A DNA stretch of 64,000 nt from Octopus bimaculoides. Lineage: Eukaryota. Below, one piece after another: positions 22,741-33,450 of the stretch. Below the pieces are notes generated by a model. That model made no database searches. It was not told where the DNA came from and was given only the letters and a program-made list of their open reading frames with translations. A program made the position numbers and the translations under genes. The stretch is from assembly GCF_001194135.2 (NCBI RefSeq), contig NC_068981.1, positions 87,789,844 through 87,853,843 on the forward strand, written 5' to 3'. Positions within the stretch are counted from its first letter, which is position 1; every line of letters begins with the position of its first letter.

Positions 22741-23098
22741 ACACACAAAGAAAGATGTAAATTGTAAATATAACTCACTGTTGTACCTGCTTGGCAAGAG
22801 ATCTAAGAGGAAAACAACTGCAACAGTTGCTTAGTGATAGTGACATTGGTTATTTTTAAATACATACCATTAAGTTCACTTTATTATCTTTTCAAAAGCA
22901 TGTATTATTTCATCAGTTGTAAATATGCATCAATACATTTTCATGCATAATATATTATTGTAAAAAAATACTGATGAAAAATAAAAATTATAGTAGTGTA
23001 TATAATTTTCTTTTTTTAATTGGCTAACATGAATATCAAAATGCTGTATTTGGTGGCATAAAAGATGCATAAGCATATTAGATGTTCCCCAATTTCAG

Positions 23099-23191
23099 CA
23101 GAACATATTCAAGAAAATTTTTAGTGCATTAACGCATATAATAGTTAAAGCAATTGGAAAAAAAAAAGTGTCTTATAAGCTATCAAATACA
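23099..23191 (+). CDS. Candidate 93-nt exon (QNIFKKIFSALTHIIVKAIGKKKVSYKLSNT)
   Basis: Acceptor ccccaatttcag (NAGNAG), open phase 0-0 frame, donor ACA|GTAAGT. Confidence 0.35.
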
Positions 23192-23376
23192 GTAAGTAAA
23201 TACAGTGTGTGAAATGTTAATTGAAAATTACTTAAAATACATATATTTTGGTCCTAACTTTCATGTTGTATTAGAGTTATCACCCATGTCTGTTATTTGT
23301 ATATTTTAAACATCTATAAAAACTTTTTCCGTTAATTGTTTAGAAAATATCAATTGATTGTTGTTTTCAATTCGTT

Positions 23377-23418
<42 letters not shown>

Positions 23419-23775
23419 CACTTTTAAGTTGTATATATCCTTAAGTAATCATTTGTTAATTCTCTCTAACTAGTAGATTATGTGAACTCTATGCTTTGTG
23501 AATATCAGATACAGTTAGGCTGAATGTTTAAGAAGTTCCTTACCCATCCATGGGTCTCTGGGTACTATTCCAGTGTGTGCTGTCTTGGGAAAATGTCTTT
23601 TACTTTAGCCTCTGGTCAGCTCATACCTTATGAATGAAATTGGGTTGGCAGAAATCTTGTGAAAGCCCACTAGATGTAACTCAAAGGTTTGGCCTAGTCA
23701 CCCACATACTTTGTCATGATAACTTCATCTTTGAATTATATTAAGATACCCTAAAACCCAGGTGATATCCTAAAA

Positions 23776-23980
23776 CCAAGGTGCCATGTAAAAAGCATTT
23801 GTGTAGGTGCTGATGTCACATAAGCACTGTGATTGTGCTATGTAAAAAGCACTCATTACACTCTGTAAAGTGGTTGGCATTAGGAAGGGCTTCTAGCTGT
23901 AGAATCTGAGCCAAAACAGACTATGGAACCTGGTGTAGCCCCTGGTCTTGCCAATTCCTATCAAGCCATCCAACCCATGG
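23776..23980 (+). mobile_element. RTE-type tail with repeated GCCAYGTAAAAAGCA-like modules
   Basis: gtggttggcattaggaaggg...ccatccaacccatgg, preceded by three degenerate modules. Confidence 0.7.
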
Positions 23981-23989
23981 AAAAAAATT

Positions 23990-24262
23990 CTGGTACTCAT
24001 TTTTCCTGTCTCTTTTTGCTGAACCACTAAGTTACAAGGGCATAAACAAACCAACGCCAGTTGTCAAGTGGTGGGGAAACAAACAAAAGACATACATATG
24101 AAGAGCTTCCTTTCAGTTTCCGTCTACCATATTCACTCACAAGACATTGATCATGGTCTCCCTTGGGCTATAGTAAAATACATTTGCTCAAGGCATTGCA
24201 TAGTGGGACTGAACCCCAAACCATGTGGTTGTGAAGCAAACTTACCATACAGCTGTTGCTGT
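23990..24262 (-). mobile_element. SINE family S (tail truncated)
   Basis: Reverse-complement head and body. Confidence 0.75.
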
Positions 24263-24333
24263 GTCTGTATTAGGGCAACATACATTTTAAAATATCTTCT
24301 CAAATTAGAAACATATGTGATAGCATTACCCTT

Positions 24334-24781
24334 TTAAACCCTTTTGCTACCATATTTCTCTTGAAATACATTACTTTTGTTTCAATTAATTCTGAAAATA
24401 ATGAAGAATTTAGTAAAATAACTTTACCATTATCAAATTGGTATTTCAAACATAAATTAATATAAAATGTTAATGGATGGTTTTGGTTTAGATCCTTTAA
24501 CCTTTTATGTTCAGATTACTGTCAAATGTAATGCATATTTATTCACATTGTTTTGAATTAATCATGCATTATCTCGTAGCTTCAAGATTTTGATGATGTG
24601 ATTGTTTAGTTTTAAGAATGACATTGTAGGGTAGGTATAAGAGGCCAGATTTGGCCAGTTTAAACATAAAACAAGATTTTTGGGCCAGACACAGCCAGTT
24701 CAAATGCTAAAGGGTTAAATCATGAAACTTGTATCATAGAGCCAAAGGTGATCTCAGGCAGGTTGGTGTCAAAAGAGTTAA
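24334..24781 (-). mobile_element. MITE family A split by a nested MITE family B
   Basis: A-halves at 24334-24496 and 24719-24781; ends TTAAacccttttgctac...gtgtcaaaagagTTAA. Confidence 0.85.
24497..24718 (-). mobile_element. MITE family B nested in MITE A, TTAA duplicated
   Basis: TTAA at 24497-24500 and 24715-24718 flank a full family B copy. Confidence 0.85.
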
Positions 24782-26188
24782 TGTTTTGGTCTGTTGGAAG
24801 GTGTTGCACTTATGGCCTTTGCAAACACTTCTGAAGGTTAAATGCCTGGTTTATTCTTATTTTATCATTGGTTAGTTTGCTGTAGTAGGTTGAGCATCCA
24901 TCTACATAGAAAATAGGTGTAACTATCTGCAGCTGCCCAAATTTACAAAACCATCATACGCATATCATTAAGAAAAAGACAGTGGATTTATAAGAATACA
25001 AAAGAAAACACAAATAGTCTCCAGTCATTATTTAGCAATGAACTTTCCAGTTCTGGATTAGGAATGTCAAGAAGATAGATTACCATTGACATCTTAGCAC
25101 ATAATATTGAAAAACAGACAAACATAAATTCATTTTTCTTTTTACCAACAAGTGTAGCTATCAAAGCTACTTCAGTCACTTGCTTACTTTGATCTCAGCT
25201 CTAGTCATTAATTATTATTAGTGTTATTAGTTAGCCTAACAGATCACTTTTATTTCTTCACTAAACCGCTAGAGCAAGCAAGCTATCATCAAGGTTACTC
25301 ACAATGTCTCTTGATTGCCGTTTACTTAGTTTTGTCTACCCATTCATTCTATGTATCACTTGTGGCTATTTTCATTGCATAAGGATACATAAAACTAAGT
25401 TTACAGCCATTTCTTTTCTATGCATTGCATTTGGTCATTTTCCAATTGCAGTTGATCTAACTAGAGAGCTGTGTACCATATTTTCCGGCATACAAGTCAG
25501 TGTAGTATATAATGTAAATATTCACACATCATTACTATCTTTCCAAATCCTGCTGCATTTCACAGGAAATTTTTGGTCCTCCAAAGGCGTATTGGTGTAT
25601 AAATTAACCTACCAGTTTTGACTGTTGATTTTGGTCTGCAAAATTCAATTTCTGTGCTGGAAAATACATTAGTCAATCTGCTCAATGTACATGTAATTAC
25701 TACCAGACTTTGCTGAACTAACTTCCTTTGAGACCACCTCTAGATCAGTGATACACAAAAAAAAAGAAAAAAAATTTTTTATCCGTTCATATATAAATTT
25801 TAAACTTTCTGTAATTTTATATAAGCACTTTTTGTTAAACTGTTCCAAACACCAGTTAATTAATGAAGTGATTCAAATGAAACCTCTCTAAATTATTGGT
25901 TTAAAAAATTAACTGGAGCATAAATATGGCCACAGAAAGAGTTTAAATGGACAAAATCTTTGTAGTGCAAGTCTTACTTAGAGTGGTTCTTTTAATTAGA
26001 TAAACTCATCAACAACAAAAGTAATTAATATTTTGTATTCATTTTTGGCTTATTTTACAATCCTCAAATATAGCCTGAACAGTTGTAAGGAGATTTATCC
26101 AAACTTTCTTATTGTATAGCATGTATGCCATTGTTAAATGCCTTTTCTATTCAAATTGACAAAGGTGAAGTTTTTTTCCTTTCTGCAG

Positions 26189-26230
26189 CCTTCTCGACAG
26201 AAATACAACAGCTGTGATATGAGATCCTAG
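26189..26230 (+). CDS. Possible terminal exon (PSRQKYNSCDMRS* in phase 0)
   Basis: Very strong acceptor tttttttcctttctgcag; all three frames stop within 42 nt; followed by about 1 kb of repeat-free AT-rich, UTR-like sequence. Confidence 0.25.
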   Translation, partial: PSRQKYNSCDMRS

Positions 26231-27464
26231 TTATAAACTGCACTGTTTTTAATCTATCCTGTACTTGATACACTGTTATTTGCTATTGTTTAACAAGAGA
26301 CAATATACAACATTGAAACATTGCATTTTGATATCCACTTAAACTGGATATTGCTCAGAAACTTCATACATTCATGATCTTACTTGTGAATGTATAAATA
26401 TTTATATATATCTACTACTTCCTACTTGTGGAGGAGGCACGTAGGTAGTTTTCAAGATTTATGACAATTGTTTGTTTTGTTCACTATAAATTGTTGGAAA
26501 GTTCAATAGACACCAACTGTATGTTATTCACTGCTTATTCATCTTGAAATCATTTCCTGTGAAAAGTGTTTTTATATATGAAGTATTTCCCTGTAATGAT
26601 TTATATTTAGCTTAATTACAGCAAAAATAATTGAACTATATGTAATTGTTAATTTTATATCCGGAATTTATATATCTAGGTTTGATTCATTTCTAATTTT
26701 CATAGTTAATATTTCTTAAGTGTAAGAACATTTTCTTATTCTTTACTGTCTTAAAATTAGAGCTATTAAAAAAAATCTAATTTAATACTGAATATTTTTA
26801 GCTTTCCTATTTTTATCATTGCAATATGAACTCTCATAATGTTCATGTTTTTAAATTAAATAACTTTTCAAAAGTAGTTCAAGTGTTAATCAAAATCACT
26901 AGTATTTTATTATAATGGGTTTTTACATCATCATATGAAAAGCATTTGTGAATTTTAAAAAAATGCTAAAATGAGTTTCAGTAGAATTTAAAGAGAAAAA
27001 TGGGTTTACTCATTTACTTTGAAATAGACTTAGGAGAGCATAATATGTGACAGTACATGATATAGTGTCAGAAAGTGTAGCTAAATGACTTTGATATTTT
27101 TCTAGTTTACAAGTAATATCTGTATCTTATAATGCACAACCTGTATCTCTTTTGAATGGGGCTAACATATTAAAAAGTGTATTGGAAAATCTAGGTGAAA
27201 TAAATGATCCTTCAATGAAGCTACTTGTATGTGTGTGTGTGTGTGTGTATATGTATATATATATTATATTGCATGAATCATATTTCAAAGGATATAACTT
27301 AGTAAACTTTTTTTTATTTGACTTTTCTTCATTTCACCATTTGTAGGGTTTTTACATCCTGTTAACCTGTCTTTACTTTTGGTAAAATGAAATAGTAATT
27401 ATTTCTACCTGCTTTGTATATATGCAAGGTTCTGTGATATTTCTTCAAATACCTAATTACTTAC

Positions 27465-27552
27465 GTGTGTTTGATTGAGTAAATTTATAGCGGAACATTT
27501 CCAAGGTTTACATTTTGTGTCATCTGTATTAAGATGTGTTTTCGCACATAAC
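27465..27552 (-). other. Candidate minus-strand exon (88 nt), coding status unknown
   Basis: Acceptor aaacttcacag and strong donor CAC|GTAAGT; one open frame LCAKTHLNTDDTKCKPWKCSAINLLNQTH, or an internal ATG giving MFRYKFTQSNT-. Confidence 0.3.
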
Positions 27553-28044
27553 CTGTGAAGTTTGGGAGTTTAATAGAGGGGTAGTGTCTGTACATGGTGT
27601 TGACAAGTGCAACACATTATATGTCAAGAGCACTAAATGCAAATGGAATTAGTTTTAGAGGAGAACAACTGCGAATTTGTACCATTTGTAGGAAATAATT
27701 CCTCTCGGTTTACTGAAAATCATTCGGTAGCTATTCACTTTAGACATGCAAATAATAAAACTAGTGGCAACTACTGTCTCTTTGACAAACTGGAAGAACA
27801 TGTTGCTTTTCATGTCAGGTGTGGTATTTTGAAATATTAAATCTAAATTTCCTTACTTGTTTGTAAATGATAATTATATTTGAATCGGTCCAGAAAAATG
27901 TATTCCTGTATTTTCGTTTTGCTTCTTTCTTTTTTTTTTTTTTTTGTGAATATTTCCCCCTTAAAATTCAGCAATATATCAGATTTGTGCAAGATCGAGG
28001 ATGAAAAAATTCAATATGCTTAATTATAGTGATTACTAAAAACT

Positions 28045-28425
28045 TGGCTGTGTGGTAAGAAGTTTGCTGCTCAGCCACATAGTTTCAGGTTCAGTACCAT
28101 TGCGTAGCACCTTGCGCGAGTGTCTTGTACTTTTGCCCTGGACCTACCAAAACTTCGTGAGTAGATTTGGTGAACGGAAACTGAAAGAAGCCCGTCGTGA
28201 GTGTGTCTTTCTCTTTCCCACTACCGCTTGGCAACTGGTGTTTGTTTACGTCCCTGTAACTTAGCGGTTCAGCAAAAGAGACCAATAGTGTAAGTATCGG
28301 ACTTTAAAACAAAAAACAAGTATTGGGGGCGATTTGTTTATGTAAACGCATCAAGGCAGTGCCCCAGCACGGCCGCAGTCCAATGACTGAAACATGTAAC
28401 AAAAAAAAAAAAAAAAAGGTAAAAG
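28045..28425 (+). mobile_element. SINE family S copy that retains CpGs
   Basis: Collinear with the family; gcccgtcgt, ttacgtccc, tagcggtt and cacggccgcag are retained. Confidence 0.9.
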
Positions 28426-28837
28426 TGTAAATAGCTTTCAGTTTATCAATCATCAAAACATTTTTTGAAAGTGATATTTCAGATATTGTAATTGTGTTCG
28501 TAATACTCAACTAATCTTCAGAATAACAATAATTGGTTTCTCGAATAAGTTCAGTTTATTTCTTAACACAAATCTAAATAGTTACACAGAAGAAAGTTTT
28601 GAACATTTCCATTTCTTTCTTATTATTCGACGATTATGTACACGAAACATGAGTCTTGGATTATTTTTAATAGATACACGCTGGTTGCTGCTGGTCTACT
28701 TTATTTTTCTGTTGACGCTTTGTATATTAAATGTGCCATTGTGGTTCTTAAAATAACTGTGGGGGCGATCACCACCTCCACCGCCAGCCACTGTTTAGCG
28801 ATGATTCCCGGGGATAGATGGCGTCACTCTCTCTCTT

Positions 28838-28880
<43 letters not shown>

Positions 28881-30061
28881 CATATATATATATATACACA
28901 CACACACGCATTCATATACACACATACTGAAAATGTCCCTCAATACCGTACGTGTTTACACACACGCTCAGTCGCTCGGCGAGGGTGCGGTACGTTCATG
29001 TTGGTTGCCACTCAATTTCTACGATCGTATTGGTCTTATCCGAAAGTATTATCGTTGTTGAACGTACCGTCGGTTGCCGGCAGCTAAAAACCAACGACTG
29101 AGCATGCTCTGTGACCTTGGCTTTATATGGTCTGCTGACCTTGTGTTCACCACTGCCGCCGTAGCCACTACTACTACTACTGCTAGTTTGACTATGAATA
29201 AGGAGGGAGACGCTCCCCCTATTACTTCGTATATATCTTTGCCTCCTCCTACTTCCACCGTGCTTTTGTTACTCCTACAAACTGATGTCCTCCACCTGCA
29301 ACGTACGTGCTTCTCTTGCTACTATCTCACTGGTAGTGCTCCCACTGTCACTATATCCACTGTAATACTGCTGCTGCTATTACTGAGTGCTTCTCGTCTG
29401 CTGCTGCGATCTGGGCTTCCACTGCTAGGAATGTACTAGTGTGTTGGCCAGCACTGTCGTTAGGATTTGCACTAACACTACTATTAGTAGTAGTAACAAC
29501 ATTAGCGATCCTCCTCGTTGTTCTATAGCTATAACACCAGTTCCTGCAGACTATTTCATCTCCATCCTCGCAGTTTCTCATTGTGATTATAGCAGCTATT
29601 TTTCCCCTGTGGTTTGGCTCGCCTTTTCAGCATTCTTGAAATGCCACATTTTTAAAAGGTAAGCTAGATTTTTTACATATCTGGCCAGAATGAAAACAAA
29701 CGAGTGGCAGAAAATGTAGGTACTGATCTTTTTTGTGATTGATAAGCGAGTATATTTTTGTTTTGAGATGAAAATAAACAGAAACATAGGAACAAACACA
29801 CACGTCAAGGGAGACACACACATTATTTCGAAAAATGGAAGGGAAGTAAGAACTTGTATGGTAAAAAGGAAAAAAAAAAGTCTTAGCTTGAATTTAGGTG
29901 GCGAGAAGTAACAATAATGTTTGTAGTTTTCGAAAGAAATTTAATGAGGAATGTATTTATATTTGATCATGCAAATATATACTATGATGTGTGTATGTAT
30001 GTGTGTGTATGGAGCAATAACATGCCATGGTGTGTGAAGCAGGGTCCAGTAGTGGTCGCTC

Positions 30062-30100
30062 GACTGCAGTGGGCCGGGACAAAGAACTGCTATTTATAGC
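30062..30100 (-). promoter_or_regulatory. TATA box (overlapping MEF2 consensus) plus Inr-like motif; predicted minus-strand TSS ~30065
   Basis: Minus GCTATAAATAGC (TATAAATA 30098-30091) lies 33 nt before the A of GCAGTC; CTATTTATAG fits YTA(W)4TAR. Confidence 0.45.
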
Positions 30101-32345
30101 CACTCCTCGCTAGACTTCATTGTCGCCGTTTTCTTTTACTCCTCTCTCTCACTCCCTCATTCTCTCTCTAATCACTTTTTTTTTACCTTCGTATTTACAT
30201 TTTTTTTACATCATTTTATTTTCCTCTTCTTTTTCTGTCTCATTAATTGTCCAACACTACTGAAATCGCCGTTTGCGTTTTAAGCAAAGTGTTTCCCATC
30301 AGTTCTGTAACGCTGGTCAGCGGCCAAAATTCCCCAACACTCTTAACCTATTTAGTACTGCTAAATAGGTTACCAGAGTGCTGTAAATTCTATTTCGAAA
30401 TCACATGGAGCACACACACACACACAAATAGAACGCTGGATTAACCATAATATTGGATGCCAATCTTGCACACTATAACAGAATATAACACAGACTATAT
30501 TATTATATCACTTGAAGCAAACAATACTTTACAACACTACAAACACAACACTTTTCCAACGACTGATCAAAGCATACACACACACACACACACACACTAC
30601 CATCATTCTCCAGTGTTCACCGAATGCTGATTACTGTTTCACTCAGCTTAAACAGCTCCAAGTATACTATCTATACAATCTAGTCTTAAGAAAGAAACAA
30701 GTTTGTTTATTCTTCTGATCCAATAAAATTCTCAACTTGTCGGATATGTAATGGGTTATTTCCTTTTTTTTTCTTCTTCTTCTTCACAATATACTTCGAG
30801 TGATATTTTCCTAACTTTTCCTCTCAACAACACGGATATGTTTTTTTTCCCCCCCACTTCCGAGCAGTTGTAATCTATCAGATTTCCGGGATTCAAAAAT
30901 AATTTCCTGTCCTAAGCTTTCTTCTTTATTACCCTTTACAAAATGTCTCTGCCTTGCCTACTACTCATCTTTCATTTTGTTTTCTCCGTTATCTCATTGC
31001 GTCTGGTCAACATGGTTTAAGCTTGGATTTGCAATTTATGCTTAGGAACACGCGATAAAAATTCCTGCATATGCTCTGCTTTGCAATTTTTTCTTTTTTT
31101 CTACAATTGTTTCGAAATATTTATGTTTTTTCATAAGTGATCGGTGTATTTATATGTATGTATATGCATAGGTGAAGGTAGTTATAGCGTGACTGACTCC
31201 TTACTAGTTAGTTGACATGTCATACAACCAGACTTCCACAATCTGGTTACATTCCCACTTGATTTGTAGTTTTTAATTCGTATTGTTAGCTCAATCATTT
31301 AGTGTTTATGTTTACTGAAAACTCGATTTTAAAAAAATATCGATTAGAAAGAAATCGCTTATTTTTTCTTTTCTTTTCGCAAACCTTTGTTTTTAGCTTA
31401 CCTCTTAAAAAGTTCACATTTCGCCATTACAGATGAGACATAGGGAAATTATGTTGTGTTTAGAAACGGAAAGAAAAAATTAAAAACGTTTAATGTGCTG
31501 AAAGTTTGTTTTATTGTCAGTATTATCTAGCAGCAGCAGCAGCAGCACGTGTTGGCATGGGAGGAGGAGCTGTCATGCTGTTTCATTTGACGAGCTCCAT
31601 CACATCGAACTACGTCTGCTTGCTTTAACGCAACAGAACCAGACACACACGCATGCACTCAATCACTTGAAAAAAAAAGTGCAACCATTTTTATCGATGT
31701 TGATCAATATTCTCCATTCAGCTTTATAAGGCTACTCTGATCTCGTTTCACATTACTATTTTCAGAGCACTTTAACCTTTTCAGAAAAAATAAATAAATA
31801 AATAAAGCACGCACACAACTTCTCGCGCACACTCCTGTATCATCTACAGTAATGCCACTTTCAAAGTGAAGATTAATTATTGTCATGCTTTTGATTATTG
31901 GCAACGTAGTGTTACTTTTATTGTATCCTAGACTTTTCTCTCTCTACAACTGCTTCTATCAAAAATAACTAGTATGATTATGCAAGTCAACCTACCTCTT
32001 CCCCTGCATTTTAGAAAGTGAGTACAAAGTATGGCAGTGCCTGCTTAATTAGTCGGCAGCGCATCTCGACGTTGCTTTTGTTTTCCAAAGACAAGAAGAA
32101 GAAAAAAAGTGTCTTTCTACCCAAACCTCTACCTTCCAGTTTTCCAGTTCAGTTCAGTCTTTTCAGAAGTAAATTTTCTCATTCTCTTTACAATCCGTTG
32201 CTCTGTCATTTTCTCACTTCCTTTTGACTTCTTTCGTTTTCTTATAACTTCTCTTCCTTGTCATTCACCTTTTTTCTCTCTCTCGCTTTCATGCTCTCTC
32301 TCTCTCTCTCGTTTACATAAACGATAGAAAACGCGAAAAAGAAAT

Positions 32346-32378
<33 letters not shown>

Positions 32379-33442
32379 ATTCTTTTCCGTGATTCCTCTC
32401 GGCTTTATTATTTCTAACTCACCTACATTTCCTATTAGTATTACTGCACGTTCTCGCTATGCTTTTATATCCTACTCTCATTCTCACAATCTCTTTCACC
32501 TCTCCTGGTTTTCCTTTATTTCTACTCGTTTCCTCTTACTCCCTCTCCCTAGTCTTTCTTTTCCCCCCTCACACGCTCTTTCAGCTTCGCACATTCTTGT
32601 CATTTCCATTTTCCTTTCCTAATCTCTGAGAACGTGTCTAATTATTTTTATTTACATAAGCCTTGTTTAGTTAGATGTTTTATATGTTACTGTGAATGAC
32701 AATTAAAGGCAGATTTCCCCCCACAATATCAGTCGAGCTCTCTTATTGATTTTAACTAAATTCGCTTGATAGTTCCCGTTCGGAATTAAAAATATCAGCA
32801 AGCGACACAATCTTTACATGCTTATAATTATTTGTAGGGGGTTTGTAATGCAGTATGTAGCTCAGCAGTAGTAGCAATCTTGTCAGTAGGAGGGTTGGGC
32901 TAGTCCCCTTCAATTCTGCTTCTCCCTCTTCATAAAGACCAATATAGCAGATGACTGAGTCTCATTAGATAAAAAGTGAAGATATCTTGCTATTTTTTTA
33001 TTCCCGTTTTCCCTTTCTGTTCTTATTTGTTTAAAGTGGGGAACAATCAAAGGATCCTAATAGTCATTATTTTTATAGAACTGGTTTTTCTTTTTAGTAG
33101 AATGGATATGCATAAATAAAACAATTAAAAGATGCTATTGCAATTTTGCATCTGAATTACATATCTAGATGTTTATATACCATCTTGTATCCATGAGTTG
33201 TGTTGTCAAAATGTTCTCGTATTCATGAATTTCGTTTTATTATTATTATTTAATTATCGGTTATTCCTACATCTCTCGATTATCTGCCATTTTAATTTCA
33301 CTAAATCTATGCCGAATATATGAATGCCTTAATCATACACGTGAGGATGAAGCTAAACATTTCAAATACTCTTCGAAACAAAGACCTGCATGGTTCGTTA
33401 CAATTAATTCGGTCGACTACCGTGCCAACGTCGGCAAATGTG

Positions 33443-33450
33443 TATAAAAG
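33443..33450 (+). promoter_or_regulatory. Possible TATA box at the right edge of the CpG-rich island
   Basis: gtgTATAAAAGatc preceded by CpG-containing short palindromes; no clear Inr at the expected distance. Confidence 0.2.

Noticed and set aside
29074-29439. 121-aa plus-strand ORF
   Set aside because: Non-ATG start, composition driven by trinucleotide runs, and no recognisable domain.
32857-32908. GTAGCTCAG...GTAG tRNA A-box-like words
   Set aside because: No T-arm/B-box or acceptor stem; cannot be folded as a tRNA. SINE heads elsewhere are likewise not annotated as tRNA genes.
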